Below, one piece after another: positions 38,601 through 51,095 of a DNA stretch of 64,000 nt. The translations under genes and the position numbers were made by a program. The notes under the pieces are model-generated. The model saw nothing but the letters and a program-made list of their open reading frames with translations, did not search any database and was not told the DNA's origin. Location of the stretch: the NCBI GenBank assembly GCA_002189035.1, contig NEEC01000020.1, forward strand, positions 868,001-932,000, read 5' to 3'. Within the stretch, counting starts at the first letter, position 1. Every line of letters starts with the position of its first letter. Source of the stretch: Utricularia gibba (Eukaryota; Plantae; Magnoliophyta).

Positions 38601-39903
38601 GCGCATGTTGATTTCTCGCTCTCTCATATCAGGGAGAACAGTTGTTGTGCCTCTTGTTCAGGAGACTGTCTGTCATTACCCTCTCCTTGTGCATGTGCTC
38701 GTAGAAGTGGAGGTAAGTATCCTTACACAAATGATGGCCTTCTTAAGGATGAACTTCTAAGGGAGTCAGTCTCCATGGATTGGGATCCGAAAAAGCATTG
38801 CAAGTTTTTCTGCAAGAAATGCCCAGTTGAAAGATCAAAATATGACGATAACATCGACCCTTGCAAGGGCCATTTATTGAGGAAGATCATAAAAGAATGT
38901 TCGCTGAGATGCGGTTGTGGTAATCATTGTGGCAACCGAATAGTTCAGAGAGGAGTTACTCGTAATTTACAGGTACTTTTTTGTGGCTTCAAGATTTCAG
39001 TATTGGGCTAACGCAGCACTTAAATTTTGTGATTGTACTCATTGTAGTTAAAAAAAAATATCCTTCACAACTTTTTGTTAGGTATTCATGACTTCGGAGG
39101 GCAAGGGTTGGGGTCTTCGTGCTTTGGAAGACCTTCCAAAAGGTGCATTTGTGTGTGAATACGTTGGAGAAATCCTGACAATCACAGAGCTTCTTCAGCG
39201 TGCCCTATGTCATCAGAATGGAAAGAAACTTTGGTACCCCATGTTTCTTGATGCTGCTTGGGGTCCTGATAGAGTTCTCAAGGATAGGGAAACTCTTTCC
39301 CTTGATGCTACATATTATGGAAATATTTCCAGGTTTATAAATCACAGGTAGATGTTACTTAGAATATTATTTTTGCTTCTGTGTTACTGTTGATTTATGA
39401 AGTTACAACCTTTCGATGTTCTGCATCAACTCCTAGATGTTATGACGCGAACTTGGTTGCGATACCAGTTGAAGTGGAGTCTCCTGATCACCACTACTAT
39501 CATGTATGTAATCTACTCATTGCTTGAATTTCTGGAACTCAAATTCATCCAAAGAGTTGAAACTGAACCTTCTGGAACCAGCTCGCGTTCTTCACTACAA
39601 GAAAAGTGAATGCCATGGAAGAACTCACTCGGGTAACACCCATTTCTCTCATATCATTCAATCTACTTCGTTCGTGTAAGATTCCATTACTTGCAGGACT
39701 ATGGCATTGATTTTGATGACTACGATCACACTTTTAAGACATTTGAGTGCCGATGTGGGAGCAAGTTCTGCCGAAACATAAAACGCGCCAGTAAGTGAAA
39801 TCACAGCAAGTCCCATATCTGCAGCGCCTATCACGTTTACATCCCACCTAGTGATTCTGAGCTGCAAGTTTTTGTTTCAGGATCAAGATGTGCCAGGAGA
39901 TGA
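35639..39903 (+). CDS. SUVR1/2/4-type WIYLD + pre-SET/SET/post-SET protein, nine coding exons; apparent 1-bp deletion at ~37873
   Basis: Exons 35639-35830, 36124-36159, 36282-36906, 37199-38972, 39082-39347, 39437-39503, 39582-39632, 39697-39790 and 39881-39903. WIYLD KAFRAMKELGISQDKVKPVLKSLLKVFEKNWELIEEENYRALADAIF; pre-SET Cys clusters; SET KGWGLRALEDLPKGAFVCEYVGEIL..RFINHRCYDANL; post-SET CRCGSKFCR. Confidence 0.9.
37645..38510 (+). repeat. Coding tandem repeats in the SUVR linker: 4 x ~45-47 aa, then 2 x ~51 aa
   Basis: TSE-initial units start at 37645, 37786, 37926 and 38061 (spacings 141, 140, 135). A second pair starts at 38202 and 38355 (DD..AEV..E.V...Q.TSE.ILA..GA.D.A). Confidence 0.8.
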
Positions 39904-40673
39904 CTATTTGAAAACCTCAGGGCCACTTACCCTCCACCCCTTATGTGCATTTTGCAAGTAAATGAATGTCTCCCTACTAGTATTTCTCAAGGAATCATCT
40001 TTTGTAACCGATTTTGCAGACAGTGGAGACATTGGAAACAGTAAATTTGGCCGGTTTTGCAACAAAAACCGTAACGTGTAATTATCTCCTTAAGCATTTG
40101 GTTTTGATCATGAGCTTCTAACTCGATAGTTGCCGCGGTTAGTTTTTTTTTAGTATGTACAAGAGTTGCCCAAGTAAAATCTCAGGTGGGTTAGGTATGG
40201 GGGCTTTGAGAGTGCCATAGCAGAGAAATGAGTTTTTTTTTTTTTTTTCATACAGATGGATTCAATTTCACTAAAAACTTCTTAGTAAGTGGTTTGCAAC
40301 GCAACCATGAAATGAGGCAATTACCATGATCTGGTAGATACAAGAAACCTTTAGGATTGAAATTTAGTTCGTTTGCATTGTGAAGTTTCCATAGCAGACC
40401 AGAAATAAGAATGTCAAGTAGAGAAGAGCAACCCCTCGAAACACATTTTCCTCCAAGTTGGATGAGCATCTTAGAGATGAAGCAAGAGGCTGTGGGACTG
40501 AGCTGTCACATGTTTTCCTTTGAAACCACTGTTGCAACAAGAACAAGCAAACTGTCACCCTTCTCACCAAATCTATCTTCTTTTGCAATCAAACTCTCCA
40601 CACCATAAAACTGACCCCTCAGCTATTGACATCTTGAAACTCTCATCACCTCCAACTGGTTCTCTTTTCAACT

Positions 40674-43600
40674 ATGGCAGGGCCCTTCACTGGCGCTAAC
40701 CATGCTCAAGGTTCCCATGGTGATCAAGAGGTACGTTTCCCATTGTTCTTTCTGGTTTCCCGTGCCTTCTGTGTGGTTTCTAGTATAAAACATGTCAAAG
40801 TTAATTAGAGATAATGCTTTTGAATCCATCATTCTGTGGTTAGCAACCTCGGCCACCTTCTCCGGTGAAGATATGCCGGATTTGTGGAGATCAAATTGGG
40901 GTGACTGAGAATGGGGAGGTGTTCATAGCTTGCCATGTTTGCGGCTTCCCAGTTTGCAGGCCCTGCTATGACTATGAGAAGAGTGACGGCGACCACCGAT
41001 GTCCTCAGTGCAAAACTCACTATAAACCAAACCAAGGTAACAAACTTGCTCTTTGTGTTTTTAGTTCTGCAGCTTATTGATCTCGACTCACCGCTTTGTA
41101 TGAGATGCTCTAAAGGTTCAAATGAGTATAAAGATAACAGCGAAGATGATATTGATAATAAGAATCATCATCAGCAGCAGGAGCATACGGTAAAAAATTT
41201 TATGCTTTACTTAACAGATTGCTTAAAGGGAGGGTTGAACATGTCTGAAAGTTTCATGCTTACAGGAAAATGGGAAGCTCAATGGATTCCCTCTCCCTTC
41301 TGCTGCCGGAATTCGTAATTAGTCTCTTGTTAAATGCGTTCTCGAAACTTTTACCTTGCATTGAAAATGCTTGATTCATTTTTCATGTTGACAGATACCG
41401 GTAAGCAGTTTGACAGTAAAAAAGAAAATTACAGCAATGAGGGATGGAAGGAAAGGATGGATAAGTGGAAGAATAGGCAAGAAAAGAGAGGACTTGATGT
41501 TAAAGCTGGTGAAAATGGTCATGATAAAGAAGAGGAAGATGACTATCTGTATGATTTCCTTCCCACTTTCAAATAACCGGGGATCAAAAGCAGATTGGCT
41601 GAATGTATGAAAATGTTGATGTTTATGCAGCATAGCTGAGGGACGCCAGCCGCTTTGGCGAAAAGTTCCCATCCCTTCTCGACTGATCAATCCATACAGG
41701 ATAGTGATCGTCATTCGTTTGATCATTCTATGCTTCTTCTTCCATTTCAGAATAGTGACCCCCGCACATGATGCTTTTGCCCTGTGGCTTACATCTGTGA
41801 TTTGTGAGATATGGTTTGGTTTATCATGGATACTTGATCAGTTTCCCAAGTGGTTCCCCATTAATCGAGAAACTTATCTCGATCGTCTCTCATTGAGGTT
41901 TGAACGTGAGGGTGAACCTAACCATCTGGCTCCATGTGATGTCTTCGTGAGTACAGTAGACCCTCTTAAGGAACCTCCCATTATAACAGCAAACACAGTG
42001 CTTTCGATCCTTTCAGTCGACTATCCGGTGGAGAAAGTATCCTGCTATGTCTCAGATGATGGTGCTTCCATGCTTCTCTTTGAAGCATTGTCTGAAACAG
42101 CTGAGTTTGCAAGGAGGTGGGTGCCTTTCTGCAAGAAACACAATGTCGAGCCTAGAGCTCCTGAGTTCTACTTCTCTGAGAAAATTGATTACTTGAAAGA
42201 CAAAGTTCAGCCAACTTTTGTAAAGGATCGCAGAGCCATGAAGGTAGAATGATATTCATCGTAATCTTAGCACATTTTGACATTTGATGGAGCATGAACT
42301 ATCTTATTTCAGAGGGAATACGAAGAATTCAAAGTGAGAATCAATGCTTTGGTCGCAAAAGCTCAGAAAAAACCTGAAGAAGGATGGATGATGCAAGATG
42401 GAACTCCCTGGCCGGGAAACATCACTCGTGATCACCCCGGCATGATTCAGGTGAACTGATCAACCACTTACATGTTTCAAACGCTAGGCTCATGTACTCT
42501 ATTGCAGGTGTATCTGGGAAGCGAAGGTGCGCTGGATATTGAAGGGAACGAGCTACCAAAGCTCGTATACGTTTCGCGCGAGAAACGTCCCGGCTACGAT
42601 CACCATAAGAAAGCCGGTGCCATGAATGCATTGGTAGGAAGTTCAAGGGATTTGATGTTGCTTGCTTTTTGCATGGAGCTCCAAATATGCTGACCAAATA
42701 CCTGATAAACAGGTCCGGGTTTCTGGTGTCCTTACGAATTCTCCCTTCTTGTTGAATCTGGATTGCGATCATTATCTCAATAACAGTAAGGCTGTGAGGG
42801 AAGCAATGTGCTTTTTAATGGATCCTCAGTTTGGGAAGAAGCTCTGCTATGTGCAGTTTCCACAGAGATTCGATGGTATAGATCGACATGACCGCTATGC
42901 AAATCGAAACATCGTCTTCTTTGATGTAAGTGTGCTGAATACCATTCACATGATCCTTTCTTCAAGCTCCTGGAATGAATCTGTACATCTACTTAACAGA
43001 TAAACATGAAAGGCTTAGATGGGATTCAAGGGCCGGTGTATGTTGGCACTGGATGTGTTTTCAATAGGCAGGCGTTGTATGGGTACGATCCACCGGATTC
43101 CAAGAAGCGACCGAAAATGACTTGCGACTGCTGGCCAAGCTGGTGCTGCTGCTGCTGCTTCGGTGGATCCAGGAAATCAAAGGGCAAGAAGAAGGGAGTC
43201 AAGTCTCTGATCAACCTTTCAGGAGCCTTTACCAAGAGGAAGAAGATGATGGGCAAGCAGTATGGTCGGAAAACATCCAGTACAGCGTTCGATCTGGAGG
43301 AGATCGAAGAAGGGTTGGAAGGATACGGTGACCTTGAAAAATCATCACTCATGCCACAGAAAGATTTCGAAAAACGGTTTGGAATGTCACCGGTTTTCAT
43401 TGCTTCAACCCTCATGGAAGATGGCGGCCTTGCAGAGGCATCCAACACAACTTCTCTGATCAAGGAAGCCATCCATGTAATAAGCTGTGGGTACGAGGAA
43501 AAAACAGAATGGGGCAAGGAGGTTAGTATCTCTTCTCTGGTGTTCATCTCCTACGATGAATCCCAAAAACCCTTTCTGTTTTCCACAGATTGGTTGGATT

Positions 43601-44588
43601 TACGGATCTGTTACAGAAGACATATTGACGGGGTTCAAGATGCATTGTCGAGGTTGGAAATCAGTGTACTGTTCACCAAAGCGACCGGCTTTCAAAGGTT
43701 CAGCTCCGATCAATCTGTCTGACAGGCTGCACCAAGTCCTCAGATGGGCTCTCGGCTCAGTTGAGATCTTCCTCAGCCACCATTGTCCTCTCTGGTACGC
43801 TTATGGAGGAAAGCTGAAATGGCTTGAAAGATTAGCTTATGTCAACACCATCGTCTACCCCTTCACTTCCATAGCACTTTTAGCCTACTGCACACTCCCA
43901 GCCATCTGCCTCCTCACCGGAAAATTCATCGTCCCGACGGTAAGTCCAACCCCCACTCATCTCCTTATCAGAAATGCCTCTGATACCAATCTATGTTCCC
44001 ATGCAGCTAAACAACCTCGCAAGCGTATGGTTCATCGCCCTTTTCCTCTCCATCATAGCAACCGGCATCCTTGAGCTAAGATGGAGCGGCGTAAGCATGG
44101 AGGACTGGTGGAGAAACGAGCAGTTTTGGGTGATCGGCGGCGTCTCAGCACATCTCTTCGCCGTCTTCCAAGGACTCCTCAAGGTTCTCGGCGGCGTGGA
44201 CACAAATTTCACAGTGACAGCAAAAGCAGCTGAGGACACAGAGTTCGGGGAGCTCTACATGTTCAAATGGACGACACTCCTCATCCCTCCAACAACTCTC
44301 ATCATCTTCAACATGGTGGGTGTGGTTGCAGGCGTGTCGGACGCGATCAACAACGGGTACGGGTCATGGGGGCCGCTCTTCGGGAAGCTCTTCTTTGCTT
44401 TCTGGGTGATCGTCCATCTCTACCCCTTTCTCAAGGGGCTGATGGGAAGGCAGAACAGGACGCCCACCATTGTTGTGCTCTGGTCTGTGCTGCTGGCTTC
44501 CATATTTTCCCTTCTTTGGGTCAGAATCGACCCGTTTCTCCCAAAACAAACCGGCCCGATTCTTAAGCAATGTGGGGTAGAGTGTTGA
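40674..44588 (+). CDS. CESA4: Cellulose synthase A, secondary-wall CesA4/IRX5 clade, 12 exons
   Basis: Exons 40674-40730, 40844-41036, 41116-41189, 41266-41314, 41395-41548, 41631-42243, 42313-42450, 42508-42633, 42713-42925, 43000-43521, 43589-43939 and 44007-44588. RING-type zinc finger [23 protein letters not shown]; QPLWRKVPI (CesA4-type); DDG, DCD, TED and QVLRW catalytic motifs. Confidence 0.93.
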
Positions 44589-47171
44589 GGGCACATATGG
44601 AATTATGTTCATATATCAATCATGATTTTTTTTTTTTTTTTTGCTTTTATCTATGGTATGGTGTGCCTGAGGATATTTAGATTCTAGATACAGATGGTTA
44701 AATCTTAAATGTGTTCATGTAAGAATAATGCATAACATAGCTACATATCTTAAATTCAAAACAAATTCATAACATAACATAGCTAAGTTAAAACCTAGAG
44801 CTTGATCTGTAATTTGAAAATGTGTTTTAGATTATATAGAATAAAATCAGTTTTGAGATTAATAAAATCAATTTGGAAATTATAAAACTATTTTGTAAAA
44901 TAATTTAAAATTATATTATAAAATTTAATAAAATAATATATATTGTAATTTTTAATATATTCAATTATTATATAATTTAATATTATGATATAAATATACT
45001 TTTAAATTAAGTAAAAAGTTAATATTATAAATTTTCTAATTAATTTCTTATTTAATTACAAATTTTTGAAATTAATCACAAAATTTGAATTTCTGATTTA
45101 AATATAAAATAGTTAAAAATTAAAATTTTCAAAAATTAAGTAGAATCATTTCAGAAAATTATATATACTAAAGTCCCTAATCTTATTGGAGATGGTGGGT
45201 AAATTGAGATTTAATATTAAAGTCAAAGAACGATCAACACTGGCTCAATAAATACAAAATGTAAAAATACCAAATTAAAAATAATTTTTTAAAATAAAAA
45301 TAGGCATACATTCATGCAAGGGATTTGGAAATAAGTGTATGCAAGGTGTAGAATTCTGGCAAAATGTTGAATCCCCATATCACATCCTGTTATTTAAAGC
45401 ATTTTTTTTATCTTTTATATATGAAAAAGAAGCGGAGAAATTCTTGACAAGAAGGATTACACAAAGATCTTGAACGCAACTCTCCATTCCTTCGTGGTTC
45501 ATCCACAAGGTGATTCAGAAAATGTATCAGATGTTTGTTGACTAAAAAATGAATAAGAACACACAAAATCATGAAACTACGATTTCGGTAATTCGATGTC
45601 CTAAAATTATTTAGAACCATTTAATTGATTAGTTACCTTCAAAATTCAAGTGATTTATTATGAAAGTAGAGATCATTTTTTATAGAATAGGAACAATCGG
45701 TTAAGACGCAATCAATTTCACAAAATTAGGAGATCTAGTCAATTCCATCATTTCCTAAACGTACATAAGACTAAGAGCTAGTTGCAACAATCCAAGACTA
45801 AGCCAAGTCTTGGATTGATTTCCTCTTCCAATAATTCTAATATTATAATTAAATTATTACAACAATGTTAACGTATCAGCATTGAGTAAGAGTGGGCAGT
45901 TGGATGAGCCGCCACATTTAGTCCAACCAACATGGTTGTTGAATGTTGAATCTGAGGGCCATGCTGGTCACTGAGACCAGGCTGGCTGGCTGGCATCAGG
46001 GTACGTCAGCATTTAAGATTGAGGGTAATAATTTGTGTCGTCTGCTTTGAAACTGTTACATTGGGTCCAAAAGTGGAACAAGGCTGCTAATCAAGGACTG
46101 ATGGGAGTTGCATATTCTGTTTAATTTTGATTCATGGAATGGAGCTTATTAGAGTATCTCCAACTGTTTCCACGGAATTCTACATGGTACTTCCATTTTG
46201 TTTATTAGATTTTTGGAAATCATTGTATGTGTATAGTTTTATTTCCGAATTTCCATTGAATGGAATTTTCATTTTCATTATGGAAATCCATTAAAATGGA
46301 CACAAAAAAGATAACATCTTGGATTTCTGAAAATGATTTGTGTTACGGAAATGGTTATAGCTAAAATGAAAATTTAGTAACTAAATTTCTGGAAATATAA
46401 TAAAAGTGACATGGCACTCCAGATTTTCGGAAACTATTGGAATTGCTCTTATTGAGGTTATGAAATTTGCATTTGGGGTACCATTGGTTGTTTTGCTCCT
46501 ATTGTCTGTAGCGCCTGCACTGCGAGGGTTGGGTGTTTTTCGGGGGTCCCCGAAGGCAACAAGTGCTTCTCCTTTCGTATTGACTTGCATTTATATTGAC
46601 TAACATGTGGATATGGATGATTTTGAAAAGTATCCATGGTTAAAAAATTGTGCAAGAAAATTATTTATAATATATGCAATTTTTTATTTTAGTGTGTGAC
46701 AGAGAAATTAAAAATAAATATTTTAATAAACTAGTATATCAAAGGATTCTGTTATGAGATTATTGAATCTAATTTTTAATATTATAAAAGATTACATTAA
46801 ATTAATTATTTATGATATATAATTTATTTTATATTTAATTATTTTATTTTTACATTTCAATATAGAATTATTTGTTTTAATATCATATTTGATCCAATTA
46901 AAACTTGTGTTTTTTTGTGATTATAGTTAATATTTGAATCATAAATTGATTTAATTTTTTATTAATTAAGTTCATGTTAAAATTAAAGATTCGATGTATT
47001 AGATAATCACATATTAAATCTAAGTATCAGCTGTGCCACAGATTTGACGAAAATGATGAGCTGAGGTGATGTTTGGCTGCATTGCTTCTGAACCGTCTGA
47101 AACTAAGGGTCTGTAATGGTGATGATGTTCAGAACACAACCTTGGAGAAGTAATAACCATACTTCTCTTTA

Positions 47172-49545
47172 TTACATTTGGGAGCTGTTTTCCTTGAGGC
47201 TTTCAGCAATTCTTCCCGATACACAGAGAGCAGTTGCTAGGATAGTGACCATGGGATTAACACCCACAGCACTAGGGAGAAGGCTTCCATCGCAAACGAA
47301 CAAATTCTCAGCTTCCCAGCTCTCCCCACGTTCATCTACTGCCCCTTCTTCTTCATTCTGCCCCATTCTGCAGCTTCCCATCTGATGAGCTGAGCCGAAA
47401 ATGTTCCAATACTTTGATTTTGCCTTCGGTCCTCCTGCAGGCGCTACACTGTCCAAAAACTCTTCCAGCTCTTCCTGTTCAGTTCCTTCGCACTTGATGC
47501 TTTGTCCATCGCTTCTGAATGTACCAACTTCGGTGGCTCCTGCAGCAATAAGCATCCGCAATGCTTGTCTGATCCCAGCCTTGAGCTTCTCTCTGTCGAC
47601 TTCGCTCACCCCATATTTTATTTGCTTCTCCTTCAGCACCTCCCCTGATCCTTCATCTCTGGCTAGCGCAAACAACACAGCTGTTCTTGAGTACTTTCTG
47701 ATGTGATCATCAAACTTGCTTCTTGATTCCCAGGGGAACATCGCAGCGAATGAAGCTGGCCCAAAGGATGGAGCCTCGATTATCGCTATGGTTTTCTTTG
47801 CTTCTGCAGACTTTACCTTGTGCACGGAGGTTATGATTCCTCCCTGGAAACTTTTCCCTTCGAGCCCTGATATTGATTCCGGGAAGTATCCCCACACAAA
47901 CAAAACTGGATGGAGATGAAGGTTCCTTCCTATGTTCTTGTTCTTCAGACCACTGGATATCATCAATGGTGGAGTGGAAAGAGATCCACTGGCAGATATC
48001 GCAACTCTGGATTCGATCACCAGTTTCTTCCCAATGTTGATGTTTTCAGCACTTGCCACAACTCCTGTGCATTTTCTTCTCCTACTCCGGCCATCACTCT
48101 CCAGAATGAACCTTTCTGCCCTGCAGCCTGTGATAATCACTGCTCCGTGGTTCACAGCATCGACTAGAAAAGTGGAATCTGTTCCCTTCTTGTCACCCCA
48201 CCTGCAACCGTAACCACAAGAACCACAGAAATGATCTGATGAAGAGTTCCTGGGCACGGTCTCCACTTCTAAGCCGAGTTTCTCACACCCCTTCCTGAGT
48301 ACTCGGTTCTGAAATCCTTCTTCATCACATTTGTCTGTAACACCTATTCGCTCGCAAACAGCATCCATCGCAGATTGGTATTCTTGGGAGTTGTATAGAG
48401 AAATCCTTTGTTCTCTGGACCATTCATGGAGGACATGATCAGGAGTTCTTATGCAAGCAGACCAGTTCACAGCGGAACCTCCACCAAGTGTTGATCCTGC
48501 AAAGATCATCATCTCACCATCTACAGTGGATAAAAGTCCCCCAGATTCGTATAGTTCGCGCAATGAAGGTCCTTCCAGCCCCGAATAATCCTCTGCAACG
48601 AAGTAGTTGCCTTTCTCAAGAACAACAACTTTGTAGCCTGCTTTTGCGAGCACTGCTGCAGCAACACCACCCCCACAACCAGATCCCACTATTACTACAT
48701 CGCATTTGACCTTGTAGGAATTTTCATATGAATCTTCTGTCACAGGTAAGCCTTTCTGAATCAAAGATTGTTTCAAAGATGACTCGTTACTATAGATGAG
48801 CTCTATTATTCCCTTCTCAAGTGGTCTTTCTTTCCCATTACTGTGCAGCCTTTTGACCTCTTCTACGTGGTAACCAACAGCTTCCCAAGATGGGTTCCTC
48901 GAATTCTCATCAATCTGGGTAACAAAACAAGTGTTATTGAGCGCAAGTGGGGTGTGGTTTTAGTTTCATAGATGAGTAAGAAAGAAACTGAGCGGCTACC
49001 CACCCTGGAAAAGAAGGAGTAAATGACCATGATCTTCAGAGCCAAAAAAGTAACTCTTAAAGGCAGAAAAGTTGCTTCCTTGCTCCATTTCTGAAGAATG
49101 GATTCCCTCTTTGTCAATGACAGATCTGAGAATTTATGCACAAACGGCCATTCCCCATCTAAACAGTCAAACCCACAGAGCAAAAGTGTTCCAAAAGTGC
49201 CTGAGAGGAGCCACAAAACTAACTTCACAACAAGAACGACTTCCGGTTTCCCCCTCTCAGCCAGCATCTCCGCCACCTGCAACACAAACTTCCCACTCCA
49301 GAAAGAAGAAATGGGAAGAAAAAAAAAATCGAGAACAAACAAACCTCTTGAGGGAAGACGGAAGCATTAGAAAGATTTGGATTGTGTTCATCATCAGAAA
49401 GAGGAGGAATTAGAGTTTCACAAATAGCAGCCAGGGCCTGGATCTGATTTGAAGAGAAGCCATGGTTGATAATGCTGCTGCCACGACTCTGCAACAAAGA
49501 ATGAGGCTGTGGTCGCCCTTCTTCTTTTTCCACACCCATACTCAT
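47172..49545 (-). CDS. Long-chain fatty alcohol oxidase (GMC oxidoreductase, FAO family), three exons
   Basis: Exons 49545(or 49539)-49345, 49276-49004 and 48914-47172 form one open frame. FAD motif [24 protein letters not shown], heme-type [36 protein letters not shown]. Confidence 0.93.
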
Positions 49546-51056
49546 ATCTCTCCCTTGTTCAACTGCAGGCAAAACCAGAGCAGGAGACTCTCACCCTTCC
49601 TTGACTTTCCTCCCTTTTCCGTGAAGAAAATTGCATCCCAAGTCCAACTGATTCCTCTGAAGTAACTCCATTGGAAAACGGGAAGTGATGCCATCTTTTC
49701 TCTCACCCCTACGCCTATGAAAACGAAAAGACATATTTTATTATTTCTTAGGTTTATAGTAATAATATGAAATAATTCAATTAATTGATTTCAATAAAAC
49801 CATATTTCTAATCATTTTCTTAAAATGAATGCCCGAATTTTGGAATTCACATAAAACAAATTTAAAATACGAAATTTTATAAAATTTTGATGAAATTTAA
49901 AATATCCGCCAAAATCTCACATACAATGTGTGAATCAAGTTTATATCAGTATGTAAGCTTACTCTTATGTATGTATAAATCCCAAGTATTTAATTTTTTA
50001 CACAAATTTTGAATATGTTACTTTAAAGTAATGCTACTCAATAATCATTATACATTATAAATTATGAATTAATATTATAGAATCAAATGCATTATTAAAA
50101 TTATTTTATTTCTCATGATAATTAATATTTTTCTTGTATACAATCTTATCTTCTACAATTCACACTCTTATAAAAAAAATAGGTTAAATATGTCTTGATA
50201 ACATTATTTGATTGAGTTTTTCTCCTTAGCTAATTGAAAAGATTCTTGGATTTTCTCACATACTTTTAGAATTTAATGATACTAAAAAATATGTTGACAA
50301 AAAAAATATGTAAAAATGAAAGCAAACAAAATCTTCATATCGTAAGGTTCTTTCAAGGTTTGGTATTCATATCATTTTATAGAGAAAATATTTTTGTGAT
50401 TTTTTTTATGTATCGATCTTCTATTTAAATATTTTAACATTTATTTAAACCTCTAATCTAGAATCAAATCTTCATCTTTGGACTTCTCTTAAATTCAAAT
50501 TTGATCTCCAACAAATCTGCCTACTTAAACCATGATTTCACTTCAATTTGGATTAAAATAATCATTACAAGTTACAAAACATATTTTTTCAAAAAGATAA
50601 AATGATTATAAAATATGTAAAAATCATTTAAAAATGTAATAAAAACTAAATATACGGAAACAAAACTCCGAACCAACCACTCTTCTTTAAGTCACTCCCC
50701 CTTGAGATCGACCCACCAAAATCCAAATTCGTCTTTGAGATCCACAAAAAAGAAAGTGTTTTTTTTTTTCTCTTTTGCATTTTGCGAAACGGACGGGGCA
50801 ACACATTGACCACAATTTGACTTGGAGAATAAAATTTTGGTTTCAAATGGACGTTTTTAAAGGATAAGTGTGGATTTTCTTATTTTACAATAAAGTTAAT
50901 ATTTATTTCTGATTAATTTTGGATGTCATCCATCCTTTTTTTTGGTAAGAAAATTACAAACTACTCTCTAATTATTTATGTCCATTTGTTCACAGTCTCT
51001 ACTCCTACACCCGGTGGGTTTGTATATTTTATTATATTTATTTTAGAACATGTAAG

Positions 51057-51060
<4 letters not shown>

Positions 51061-51090
<30 letters not shown>
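51061..51090. repeat. (TA)15 microsatellite
   Basis: Perfect TA run visible at 51061-51090. Confidence 0.95.

Positions 51091-51095
<5 letters not shown>

Noticed and set aside
43026-44612. Antisense and alternative-frame ORFs across CesA4
   Set aside because: They are shadows of a conserved coding gene, with no independent evidence.
45408-45620. 70-aa minus-strand ORF with coding-like composition
   Set aside because: No motif recognised, no splice context established, and it is within the length expected by chance.
46151-46620. AGAGTATCTCCAAC resembling a Harbinger-type MITE end
   Set aside because: No matching downstream TIR or TSD was found, so the boundaries cannot be supported.
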